Of a stretch of DNA of 52,360 nt, positions 21,929 to 45,162 are shown piece after piece. Positions within the stretch are counted from its first letter, which is position 1. Each line of letters starts with the position of its first letter. The stretch is from Spirogloea muscicola (Eukaryota). Position numbers and translations under genes: made by a program. The stretch is from positions 655,780 through 708,139 of the forward strand of contig WELB01000014.1 in NCBI GenBank assembly GCA_009602725.1, in the 5' to 3' direction. The notes beneath the pieces were generated by a model. It was not told the DNA's origin. It ran no database searches and saw only the letters and a list, made by a program, of their open reading frames with translations.

Positions 21929-24900
21929 ATGGCGGAGCCGGTGGCCGTCGCGCTGCAGATCGAGGACGAGGATGTCGGCTTCATCAACAGCCGCAAGGTC
22001 CAGCCTGCTCTCCTCTGGCCTTCAGCGGCTGCTCTATTCGTGTCGAGAGCGCCAATGGCCAACGTCTGCGTCCCATCCCCTTGCTCTTGGCAGCTTGGTC
22101 CAGAAGAGGCGGCGAATTGCTGCCAATTGCACATCCTTCATGGCTTGTTGACGTTATTAGCAATCCTTATGGCTTATTGACGCTATTAGCAATTGTTTTC
22201 CGGTAATTTTGCATGTTAATAATTCAATCATTGTGGAGGGAAGGCTAAGGAGCACCTTAATACAGGGGACCCCTCCTTACGAGACGGTCGATTGCTGTGC
22301 CGTGCTACAGGCGAGCGTCGCGAGTGTCGCGGCTGCGCGGGAGCAAGGAAGTGCTGTGAGGACAACAATTGCCGTCCTGGCGGGGCTCAGCCTGGGCTTG
22401 CTCGCCTCTCTTGTCGCCGTGTCCGTCCGCGGGGGAACCTGGGTCCGGCATGAGGCGCCGTTGAACTTCCTGGTGGTCGGCGACTGGGGGAGGCAGGGCA
22501 TGTTCAACCAAAGCTTGATTGCAAAGCAGGTGACTGGCCTCTGAGTTGCAAGACTTTGACGTCATTTTGGATCTCTGAGATTGCCAAAGCATTGTGTTGC
22601 TCTCAAGGACCATACATTAGCTCTAGGTACTCATGCCCCAAGCACAGTGCTGGGCAGCTGGTCTTCTTATTTGGCCATGGCCCTCCAATTATGAATATTC
22701 TGCACACGGCCCCTGTGCTCAGCTCAAGTCCTCAATGAGCCTGCACAAACAACACACTCTCAGGCTCGTCCCCTATTAGAGCACATCATGTCAACAGATG
22801 CACCGTGTGTCAAGATCCTCCCGGCTAAGTAACATCCCTCTCATTGAATCAATGCTTGGATACTTGCAGATGGGCATTGTAGCTGACAAGCTAGGCATTC
22901 AATTCGTGATCTCCACCGGGGACAACTTTTATGAGAGGGGCTTGAAGTCGCTACACGACCCGCTATTCAAGGAGTCGTTCTCAGACATCTACACAGCGAG
23001 CAGTCTACAGACCCTGTGGTATGCAGGTCCGGATCCCCCTGTAATCTGCCTGTATTGGAAGCCTTACTATGTTATGTATCCTTACAATGTGCAGGTAGAT
23101 GCAGAGAATGTGTGAATCTTGCTTGTTTAAGGTGGTCATCCTAGACATCGCTTACTGTACACGTCGTATAGCTTGCCGACATGCAGTCTTGCACAGTCAC
23201 AGTACTGAAGAGCTGGATTGAGCGTGCAAATTCGCTTGTGCACGATGCCAGTATTGGGCAATCACGACTATCGAGGGGACCCCAAAGTGCAGATGGACCC
23301 AAAGCTTCGGATACAGGACAGGCGATGGTTTTGCCAGCGCTCATACCAACTCTCGAGAACCCTGTGTTCGGTCGATCAAGCCGGTAAAGGAGCACGCCCG
23401 GTGCAAGTTTCTGCTTGTATCAGAATGTGGCATCACTTTGTCAGTAGCTGACGAACTCCTTGAGCCTGTGTTTATCACCTGCCTGGCGAGAGTTGGACTG
23501 CCTAGTAGAGGAGCCAATGACACAGTACCTGTAGCCTATACTGGCTTAGACCTGGAGAGTTGCTAATGTGAAGATGGCAAATGCATGCAGGTGACTGTAC
23601 AGAGAGCGTGGACTTTTTTTTCATTGACACAAATCCATTTGTCCCAGAGTACTGGGCAAAGGGCGCCGGCTTTGACTTCTCAGACTTTCTTCCACAGGAG
23701 CAGCAACAGCAATCGCAGATCATGGTACACTTGGAACCGAAAGTCATAGGCAGGGGGGCAGACCATAAGTATAGGACACACCGGTGGAGCAAAGTAGCAT
23801 GAACCTGCTGTGTGAAGTTGCCAGCATCTACCTGCCATGAAAAGAGTGTGATGAGCTCTCTTGACTGCAGCATCTGAGAGATTGTCTGTTGCTCTGTTGG
23901 GGTTTTCATGAAATGCACTCGCATTTGGCAGTGTCGTTGTTATTGTCAACACAGTGGCAGTAAGCAACATATGCTCTTTATCGTGCTGGAACACTGAGAA
24001 GAAGGGGTGATTTGACTGTTGCGCCGCATCCAACAGGCGCTGTCTTCCTTGCTGGGCGCATCAAATGCTACATGGAAGATTGTGGTGGGTCACCACCCAG
24101 TGTACAGCCTCGGCGAGCATGGAAATACAAGTGAGCTGGTCCGACTCCTCGAGCCTGTGCTGGAGGTAGTAACTTCTACCCCATTCTCTCTCCCCCCCCC
24201 TCCTCTGTATCACCCTCCTCTGGTTCAGTGCCTATGAGCATGTGAAGCGTTGCCTTGTCTACTACCTTCCTCATACCAGGTCCTTGCAATTGCTGTGCTG
24301 GTCTAGCTTTAGAGGGGAGTCCTTGTCAGGTCAATCTTTTGGGCAGTCTGCAGAGCATACAGGGCTTCCCCAGTTTGTGCCCCTAATTCAGGAAGTCAGA
24401 GAACTACATGCTGTGCTGAACATCTGTACAAGCAGATTCGGGTGGCAAATTTTTGTGAAGTTGTCAAGTGGTGCTTCTGATACATAATACAACAAGAATG
24501 GCAAGTCCGCTTTCTGTGCAGGAGCACCAAGTGGACCTGTACGTGAATGGTCATGACCACTGCATGCAGCACATCAAGCGAGACGACGGGTATCTGGCCT
24601 CGCTTCTTTAGTACTTGCTACTTGTGCAGCAAGAGAGTGGCACAGCTAGTGCATCATTGAGGCATAAAACTGGCATATTTGAGAGGTACTTTGCACTGTC
24701 TGTAGCGTCTCATAGCAGCAAGCAAATGGTGCTCGCTCTGGCAACAACGCCCCATGCAGCCAAATGAAACAATTTCCCTCGCTTTGTCGCAGCTCGGTAC
24801 ATTACCTGGTGAGTGGAGGGGGCTCCAAGGCATTCCGGACGGTGTTTCACCCGGTCCCAGAGGATGGCTTCAAGTATGGGTTTGAGGGCCAGGGTTTTGC

Positions 24901-24988
24901 AGCGGTGTCCATGGCCCCAAGGGCCGTGCATGTCGCTTATTATGGCGTTTATGGCGAACTCCTCTACTCCTTCCATCTTGCCAAGTAG
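21929..24988 (+). CDS. Low-molecular-weight purple acid phosphatase (PAP3/PAP17/ACP5-like), 8 exons
   Basis: All metal-binding motifs are present across GT-AG exons: [44 protein letters not shown]-terminal hydrophobic segment [20 protein letters not shown]. Confidence 0.93.
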
Positions 24989-25719
24989 CCATGCTTACTA
25001 CGGACTGTCTGGTCTGGACTTTCAGTTTGCCAGCCATTTCATTTGCCCTCAATAAAGCCACTCAATGCTCTGTAATTGTTTCTCTCCTCACTGTCATGAG
25101 TAACCCCTCAGGAGACTCTTCTCTGAGGCTCCCTTCACTAGCAGGCTTCCCGATGCTGATGTTCGATGGGTGCAGAGCTTCATTCGCAGTGCTGGTTTGA
25201 GCTACCAACACTGCTTTAGGCGACATGGCTCCTCGTGAAAACGGGGGCTTCCGTTCTTGCACCACCGAGAAACATCTGGACCTATGCAAGCCGCTGCACG
25301 CAGTTGACTTTGCAAACCTGATGAAGTCCTTGCTTTCCAAATGTCTTCAAAGTTGCAATTGCATCTAATTAAGAGCTCTCACGTAAATAGCCTACTATAC
25401 TAGATCATTTGAGCAGCCGAGGGGCAAGCCCCTTGCTAGTGGAGCAAGCATCAAAGTTGGCAAAACAACTAATCACGCAGCGTGCTTAGAGAGAACTGCT
25501 GACTCAGGCTCCTTAGGACCGAGCAATCCCAGCGAGGCACTTGCACACAGATGAGGTTGAGACATGGGGGGCTGCTGATTGTCAATTTGCAGCAGATCAG
25601 ATCAGGAATTGAATAGCATGTCCATGACCAACTTGCAGGACCAAAGCGGTGTACACTAAACAAGCTGACTTAATATTTGTGCGAATGTGAGAGAGGGAGG
25701 GAGGGAAGGGAGGGAGGAG

Positions 25720-25968
25720 CGGGCGGTGGCTGGCTCCGCTCGGGCAAAAGAGATCAAGTACGCCGACCATCCGCCGGAAGACGAGTTCTTCCCGTTGGCA
25801 ATTGACATCCATGGGGCACTGGGCGCTCGGTGGCTTGAGCTACTTAACCAGCTCGCCCGCCACGCAATCGCCCGTCGCTTCCATGGTGAGCCGGTAGACT
25901 TTCCTGCAGCCGGGTCGCTGGCGCAAGTGTATCGCATGCGCTTGGCCGTCTCGCTGCAGAGGTCCATG
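25720..25968 (+). mobile_element. 5'-truncated CRE-like retrotransposon, subfamily A, running into a gap
   Basis: AKEIKYADHPPEDEFFPLAIDIHGALGARWLELLNQLARHAIARRFHGEPVDFP...RLAVSLQRSM is near-identical to 44525-44751. Preceded by a (GGGA)n tract at 25688-25717. Confidence 0.92.
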
Positions 25969-26935
25969 NNNNNNNNNNNNNNNNNNNNNNNNNNNNNNNN
26001 NNNNNNNNNNNNNNNNNNNNNNNNNNNNNNNNNNNNNNNNNNNNNNNNNNNNNNNNNNNNNNNNNNNNNNNNNNNNNNNNNNNNNNNNNNNNNNNNNNNN
26101 NNNNNNNNNNNNNNNNNNNNNNNNNNNNNNNNNNNNNNNNNNNNNNNNNNNNNNNNNNNNNNNNNNNNNNNNNNNNNNNNNNNNNNNNNNNNNNNNNNNN
26201 NNNNNNNNNNNNNNNNNNNNNNNNNNNNNNNNNNNNNNNNNNNNNNNNNNNNNNNNNNNNNNNNNNNNNNNNNNNNNNNNNNNNNNNNNNNNNNNNNNNN
26301 NNNNNNNNNNNNNNNNNNNNNNNNNNNNNNNNNNNNNNNNNNNNNNNNNNNNNNNNNNNNNNNNNNNNNNNNNNNNNNNNNNNNNNNNNNNNNNNNNNNN
26401 NNNNNNNNNNNNNNNNNNNNNNNNNNNNNNNNNNNNNNNNNNNNNNNNNNNNNNNNNNNNNNNNNNNNNNNNNNNNNNNNNNNNNNNNNNNNNNNNNNNN
26501 NNNNNNNNNNNNNNNNNNNNNNNNNNNNNNNNNNNNNNNNNNNNNNNNNNNNNNNNNNNNNNNNNNNNNNNNNNNNNNNNNNNNNNNNNNNNNNNNNNNN
26601 NNNNNNNNNNNNNNNNNNNNNNNNNNNNNNNNNNNNNNNNNNNNNNNNNNNNNNNNNNNNNNNNNNNNNNNNNNNNNNNNNNNNNNNNNNNNNNNNNNNN
26701 NNNNNNNNNNNNNNNNNNNNNNNNNNNNNNNNNNNNNNNNNNNNNNNNNNNNNNNNNNNNNNNNNNNNNNNNNNNNNNNNNNNNNNNNNNNNNNNNNNNN
26801 NNNNNNNNNNNNNNNNNNNNNNNNNNNNNNNNNNNNNNNNNNNNNNNNNNNNNNNNNNNNNNNNNNNNNNNNNNNNNNNNNNNNNNNNNNNNNNNNNNNN
26901 NNNNNNNNNNNNNNNNNNNNNNNNNNNNNNNNNNN
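25969..26935. other. Assembly gap followed by a poly-G run
   Basis: Run of N; G-run at 26936-26950. Confidence 1.
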
Positions 26936-27129
26936 GGGGGGGGGGGGGGGCAAGGAGGGGTTTGGTAGGAGGGCAGAAAAGAGGGACCACTACATCAGTA
27001 TTGAGCTGGAAGGAGGGGTGCCTTGCATTAAGCATCTCACTAAAAATGTACCAAGTACTCTTGGGGGCCAGTTTCTCATTGATAGTTATACTGGTCTGGG
27101 CTTGCAAATGCTGCCCTTTGTAAAGAGTG

Positions 27130-29392
27130 TCAGGGCTGCCACACCTCCAGTAGGTTGGCCGCGCCCCTGGCTAGAAAGCTTCCGGGACTTGCAAGCGTCA
27201 TCGCAGTGAGGGCCTCGCGTGCACCGGCCGGACCCATGTCGCGCTCGGCCACGACCGATGAGCGCAGGCAATACATGGTCAGCCGCGCCGCCGCCTCCTG
27301 CCTCAATGCACACAGGGAATTGGAGCTCACTGACATCCTTGATTATCGTGGTCTTGAATTGAGTGTCAAGCTTCAAAGCATAGGGGTTTAGAGCTGCGAA
27401 AAAGAAAGGGTAGACATGAACGAGCTCCAATGCAGAGAGGCAGGACGAAAGGAGGAGAGCCACAGCACGAGGTGCTGCCTACACCAGATCGAGGGAGCGA
27501 TGGCAAAGCTTGAGCATTGGGTGAAACAGCATGGAGGGAAGGAGGGATGATATTGAGGACAGGGATGGAGGAAGGGAAACCCCCGTTGAGGTTGGGCTCT
27601 CACCGCCTGCTTGCTGTGGAGGGCCGCCTTGAGCAGGTACTTGAGGTCACCCAACTGCATGCCGAGGAGTCGACATAGTGGCGGCAGCATGAAGGTGGAA
27701 GGTGTTTTGGCAAGGAAAGGCAGTGAAAGAGCGGGACGATGGACTAGCGAGAGCGCAGTACATGTCAGGCAGCCTGCTACTGAACACAACACAAGACCGC
27801 AAGCAGCGGGCCGAGCGGGGTGAGTCGAGACCGACCAGCTTGAGAGTGTCGCTGCTGGTGGCCTCGGGCGCGCTTGCCGCGCAGTCTGTATCTGCAGTGC
27901 CGGCGCGCTTCCGCCCCGGGGGCCTGCCCCGCCGCCGCTTGGTTGCAGCCGGTCCTGCTGCAGCCGATGCTGCTGCCACTGGGTGGGCTGTGCTGCCCAC
28001 CTCCCCGACCGCTGCCAGCGGGCTCTGCCCGTGGCCGCCTGCAGAGCCACTGCCGCCGGCTGTGGCTATCACTGTCTCCACTTGCTTCTGCTCGCCATCG
28101 CCGTCCACCACTTCCTGGTCGCCGCGCAGATCATGTTCACATGCATTGGCAACGTTGCTCGGCTCTGCCCCTCGGCCGGCATTGCCGGCGCTGGTACTCG
28201 CCCAGCCCTGCTGCTGCAAGGGCCGCGCAGCGGTCGGGGTCAGTAAAGAGGGCGGCGGCGGCGGCCCCATCAACAGCCATGTCGGCAATATAGCTATACT
28301 AACAGCTGTGAAGCAGCTTAAATTTAGAGTTAAGTTAGAGTCCAAGCCGGGTCAAGCCCTTACCTCCGCCGCCAACAGGCGGCCAGTGTCACCTTCGGGA
28401 GGCAACAGCATGGCGAGGCTGCGGGCACGCCGTGGGCTGCACGGGCGGGGCGTCCCAGGGCCCCACGCGTCCCGGGCCGGCCAGCCGGCGACCTGTACCT
28501 GACTATCGGGTGTTGCTGCTGCCCCTGCTGCCGCTTCAGCCTCCGCCGCCTCTCGCCTCTGCATGCCGCCAGCTCCACGTGTCTCCGCAGCCGCTGCCGC
28601 CGCCGCAAGTTCCTTGCTGCCACTACCACCACCACCCAGCAGCGGCGCCGCCGACTGAGCCTCCTCCTGGACAAGCTTGTGCCTCTTTGGCGACGGTGGA
28701 GACGTTCCTCCGCAACTCCGCTCCTCTTGCGCACGCTCGCCAGCAGTTGGGGCAGCTTTGGCAACACCGGCAGGGGCCTCCGAGGTGGACCAGGCGCCAG
28801 CCAGCGAGGCAGAGACGCCAGCGCCAGGGTCCTCAAGCAAGCCAACACTTTCGCCGCTATCATTGACCCCGGCAAGGGCCTCGGCGGAGAGTTCTGGCGG
28901 CGGCATAAGCGGCGTGGCCCCGAGCTCCACCACGCTCCCATACTCCGCACCGCAACAACCCCAGTCGGTATCATCACCCAGCAGCGGCAGCTCCGACAGG
29001 GGCGGCAGCACAGCGGAAGGGGGCGGCCGCGATGGCTCCACAGCTGGCGGCTCTGTGACGCTCGCTGAATGCTCGTGGCTGTCTATGGCGACGTCCTTCA
29101 GCAGCCGGCAGCGGGGGCTGGACGACACTTCCGCCGTCTCCTCTGTGCCCCGGCCGCCTGCATTGGCGGCGGCGGCGGCGGCCATCGAGTCCCCGAGGCC
29201 GTCCTCCCAGCCGCCGAGGTCCGCAGCGGGGAGCGCAAGGACGATATGGGCCGCCTCGTCGTCGGTCGCGGCGGCCAGCAGCCGCGACCGGCGCTCCTCC
29301 AGCCTCGACGACAGCCGCCGCCCCGCCGCTGCAGGCAAGGCGTCCTCCGCCGCCTCCAGCGCCGCCGCCAGCGCGCTGGCCAGAGCCACCGC
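27130..29392 (-). CDS. Multi-exon gene of unknown function (partial)
   Basis: 345-aa open frame at 28352-29389 ending in a canonical donor (GAG|GTAAGG). Further exon-like segments: YSYIADMAVDGAAAALFTDP, an AT-hook KRRRGRPPGRKR, LLGMQLGDLKYLLKAALHSKQA|GTGAG. No family recognised. Confidence 0.5.
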
Positions 29393-29449
29393 NNNNNNNN
29401 NNNNNNNNNNNNNNNNNNNNNNNNNNNNNNNNNNNNNNNNNNNNNNNNN

Positions 29450-41587
<12,138 letters not shown>

Positions 41588-41689
41588 NGTGAGCAGCTTA
41601 TCATTGTGCTGTTCTTGCGAGTCTTACCATCGGAGTGCTGTGCTCATTGCTTGTGCACACGTCTTTGCATTGGTTGCTTGTTTGCATGT

Positions 41690-41757
41690 AAGGCGCGCCC
41701 TTGAGGCCCCTTTACCATATTCACAAAAGGCGCGCCCTTGAGGCCCCTTTGCATATT
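41690..41757. repeat. Short direct repeat, 2 x about 37 bp
   Basis: aaggcgcgcccttgaggccccttt occurs at 41690 and 41727, each followed shortly by catatt. Confidence 0.85.
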
Positions 41758-42221
41758 GGAGGTGAACCTAGATAGGGCCGGTCTTCGGACGGTCGTGTGA
41801 CTGAGATACTGGTAACGGGAAACTCGCGATACAGTGGCACGTTACTTTCATTAAACTCAAGCTCACGGTTCGCTTGGCAAATGAAACTACAGATTAAAAT
41901 TCGACTGTTCTTGACTTGTCCATGGTGCTGTGATGTCTGGCATGGTTCCTTAGCAGATGGGTTTTCATGACAGTCTGGTCAAAGTAGCCAATATTCTCGT
42001 TTGGCTTGTGTGTACGCCAAACTAGCAAGTCGGCATTTCTCTTCTTCTAGACCTATCGACGCCATCTCGCACCGACGCCCTCGCGCGTGACATCGCTTAT
42101 GTCACGACCACCTACAGCTCGGCTTGCTTCAAACAAAACAGGGTCGCAGTTCACAGCATTGCTGACATTGTGGTGAGCGTCGAGCTTTTAAAAACTTGGC
42201 GCAACCAACTACTCAGTCAAA

Positions 42222-43525
42222 CTAACAGTCAGATTGCCGTGGGCTGAAAGATGGAGGTGTTGAGGCCTCGGCGGTGATGGCTACGAATGAGGTGGGGAAA
42301 GCCGTAGATGGAGGCAGCGACGGCGGCGGCATGGCCTTGTGGGGCGGGGTTGGCGAGGCCTTTGAGGGCGGCGAGGCCTTCTGGGGCGGGGGCGACGAGG
42401 CCTTCAATTGTCATTGTCATCGTCACAGTCATCGTCATCGTCATCGTCGTCTTTGTCGTGGTGATGCTTAGTTAGCGGCGGTGGCGAGGCGGTGTCGGCG
42501 GTGGCGAGGTCTTGCCGGGCGGCGGCGGCGGCGGCGGCGAAGCCTTGCGGGGCGGCGGTCGCCAGGCTTTGCGTGGCTTGCCCATTCTGAACGTTGAAAT
42601 CTGGCACACCACCACAGCTGCTTGTCGCAGTCAGGACTGACATGTCAAGACCACAAGATGCTTGTATCTTGTGTGTAGCAGGCTGACCTGACGAGATCCA
42701 AGAAAGTTGTGGCCTTATCACTATCAGGACCAAGTACAGTGATCCCCATATCGCCTCCACCACAGCGACCAGGACTTGTTCCGCAACTAGGGTTGGTGGA
42801 GGACAAACAGCTTGACGACGCATGTAATGTCACCGTAATGTTCAGATCCAAAGGGGAGTTCGTTGTCAAAATTATAAGTTCCGGTCCCTTCGGTGACTGC
42901 CATGTACACCTATGAATAGGCCATCCAGAGCCGGTCTTATCAGGCTGGACAGCTGACACCTTTATTTCTCTAATTACTCAGAAGTACATGCTTGAAGATG
43001 TGGTTGCATGTGCTGCATGTCGCTTATGCTGCAGCTGAGCATCTTCACCTCGCCTGGAAAGTAAATGACCATCAGCCGAGCATGAAAGCTCCACCGTGGC
43101 TTCCTGCAAAAATGTGTCGCCCCTAGGCACACATCCATGGCGATTAAGGGTCATTGTGGCCATCGGTTTGTCAAGCCTAGTCCTACAAGCAGACCTCCAG
43201 AATGACCTCAACGCTCCTGGCGGCAGGGTGCCTGCTCAGTGTATGAATGACCAGCCCCGGCGCTTGTGCTTGTCCGCAGGTCAGCAAGCCTCCTTGCCAA
43301 GCGAGTCTGAGGCAGGGAAACAGAGCTGTGACCCATTGGCAAGCAATGGCATTATCAAGTGACGAAGCTAAGAGCAGGGAATGCTGCGGGGTCGAGGTCT
43401 GCGGCGCCATTCAGGTCATTGTCGCAAACGACAATGCCTGAGACAATGGCCCTGCCAGCGGCCCGCATGGCCGTTACTGCCAGGACAGCCAAGAACAGCA
43501 GGCATGTGACAGTTGCCCTCTTCAT
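42222..43525 (-). pseudogene. Secreted Ole e 1/SdrD-B-like domain protein with a KASPPP proline-rich tail; probably disrupted
   Basis: Signal peptide MKRATVTCLLFLAVLAVTA, then VSGIVVCDNDLNG, EATVELSC and TEGTGTYNFDN. CVVKL needs a +1 shift to continue as LSSTNPSC. KASPPP/KTSPPP repeats are split by a (TCATCG)n tract at about 42408-42450. Confidence 0.55.
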
Positions 43526-43804
43526 GGCGCCGGCCGGCCTGCGTTCGCAGGCAGACCAGCAATGCAGGTTCTGGGCAGCGAGGATGGGGAGAGGGAGCTG
43601 GCGTGGAGAGCGTGGAGTGCAGGTGTGGCGGACTAGCGGCCTCCGGGGCCGCCAGCAACGCAGAGTGCCAAGCCCGGTATTACGCTGCCGGTGATTGTTA
43701 AGCGGCACCGAGTTACTTTTGCCTACTGCTCCTTCCTCGTTGGAAGCACTGAGTTGCTGCCGGCCTCCATGCCGGAGCCTGTCGCCGTCACCGCCATGGG
43801 CAAG

Positions 43805-43854
43805 AAGGCGAGGAAAAAAGAGAAAGTGCTCGCCCTTAGAGAAGAGCGGCTGGC
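43805..43854 (-). mobile_element. Distal 3' end of CRE-like host copy C (left flank of copy A)
   Basis: aagagaaagtgctcgcccttagagaagagcggctgg matches the reverse complement of the family 3' end (44957-44992) at about 31/36 positions by eye. Confidence 0.75.
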
Positions 43855-44995
43855 TCCGCCCACCAGGAGCTGCTCGCGGCGCACCCGGACCCGGCAGGCC
43901 AGGCGGTCTCCTTTGCGCACCTAGCGCACACCGCCGACCTGCGCGTCCAAGCGCGCATCGCGGCCGTGGTCGACAAGGCCGCCTACACCACCGCCGTGCT
44001 GCAGCTCCCCGAGGCCCACTTGCGCGGGCGAGCGAGACTCCACTCAGCCTCCTCCCCGGGGGCAGCGGCGTGGCTCCAGGCCCTCCCCCTCAACGACGCC
44101 CTCACCCTCCCGGACGAGGTATTCCGTAGTGCCGTCCACCGGCTCCTAGGCCTACCGCCGCCATGTCTCCAGGGTGTGCGTCAATGTGAGTGTGGCGAGC
44201 GCGGGGCCGAGCCTGGAGAGCTGGCTGCTCATGTTCTGCGCTGTTCCCACGGCGGAGAGTGGACAGCGGCCCACGACCGCCTCCGCAACGTGATGCATGG
44301 CATCCTGTTGGAGGCGGGCTTCTCCGGGGCAGCGGAGCACTCCGGCATCATGCCGGTCCAGGAAAGGGCCAACGGTCTCCACGCCCGGCGTGTAGACCTG
44401 GTGGCCACCCCACAGGCCGGCGGGCCACGTCTTCTCCTGGACGTGGTGACCACTGATGCCTACGACCGCTCACACCCAGCTCAATGTGCCACCAAGGCTG
44501 GGTATGCGGTCGCCTGCGCTGCTCAGGCCAAAGAGCTGAAGTACGCTGACCACCCGCGGGAAGACGAGTTCTTCCCGTTGGCCATTGATACCCATGGGGC
44601 GCTGGGCGCTCGGTGGCTCGAGCTGCTCACCCAGCTCGCCCGCCACACCATCGCCCGTCGCTTCCATGGGGAGCCGGTCGATTTTCCTGCAGTCGGGTCG
44701 CTGGCGCAAGTGTATCGAATGCGCCTGGCCGTCTCGCTGCAGAGGTCTATGGCCCGGGCGTTGCACCTTCGTGCCGGCAGAGCCCTCGCTGCTGCCTCTG
44801 GCTCTGGCCAGGGGACCCACTTCAACGAGCCGAGCATCTCCGACCTGCGGCTGCTTAGCAGAGGTTACTGAGTGATTCTCCTGTAGCTCTTTGGATTTTG
44901 TCCATTCCCCTGGCCCCCTTCTCGTCCTCTGTTCATTCTTTTTTGGGCTGGCTTTTCCAGCCCCTATTCTCAATGGGCGAGCACTTTCTTTTGGC
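43855..44995 (+). mobile_element. 5'-truncated CRE-like non-LTR retrotransposon, subfamily A: zinc knuckle, restriction-like endonuclease and 3' UTR
   Basis: Open frame to 44871: ARLHSASSPGAAAWLQALP, CECG...HVLRC (CCHC), HDRLRN, RRVDLV...LLDV...KELKY, FFPLAIDTHGALG. This is the typical C-terminal layout of RLE-clade elements. The RT domain is absent (5' truncation). Confidence 0.9.
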
Positions 44996-45160
44996 AAAGC
45001 CAGCCCAAAAAGAATGGACAATGTTCGAAGTCAAGATGAAAAAGATGCCGAAAAAGGGACTAGACTACAAAGCACAAGACGATGCAGAGGGAAATTCGGA
45101 CGTGATGCTCAGTATCCGCGTGTGAGCAACAGCATATTAGAATAACTCGAGGCAGGAAAG
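44992..45160 (-). mobile_element. CRE-like host copy C: ORF end and proximal 3' UTR
   Basis: The minus strand reads PASSYSNMLLLTRGY* (stop at 45109), homologous to SISDLRLLSRGY*. Its UTR continues as ...cattctttttgggctggcttt up to the copy A junction. Confidence 0.8.
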
Positions 45161-45162
45161 CG

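Noticed and set aside
43818..44992. Apparent terminal inverted repeats making copy A look like a DNA transposon with a stand-alone nuclease
   Set aside because: Better explained by insertion into an antisense copy of the family's own 3' end. The rest of that host copy, including LLTRGY*, lies on the right flank.
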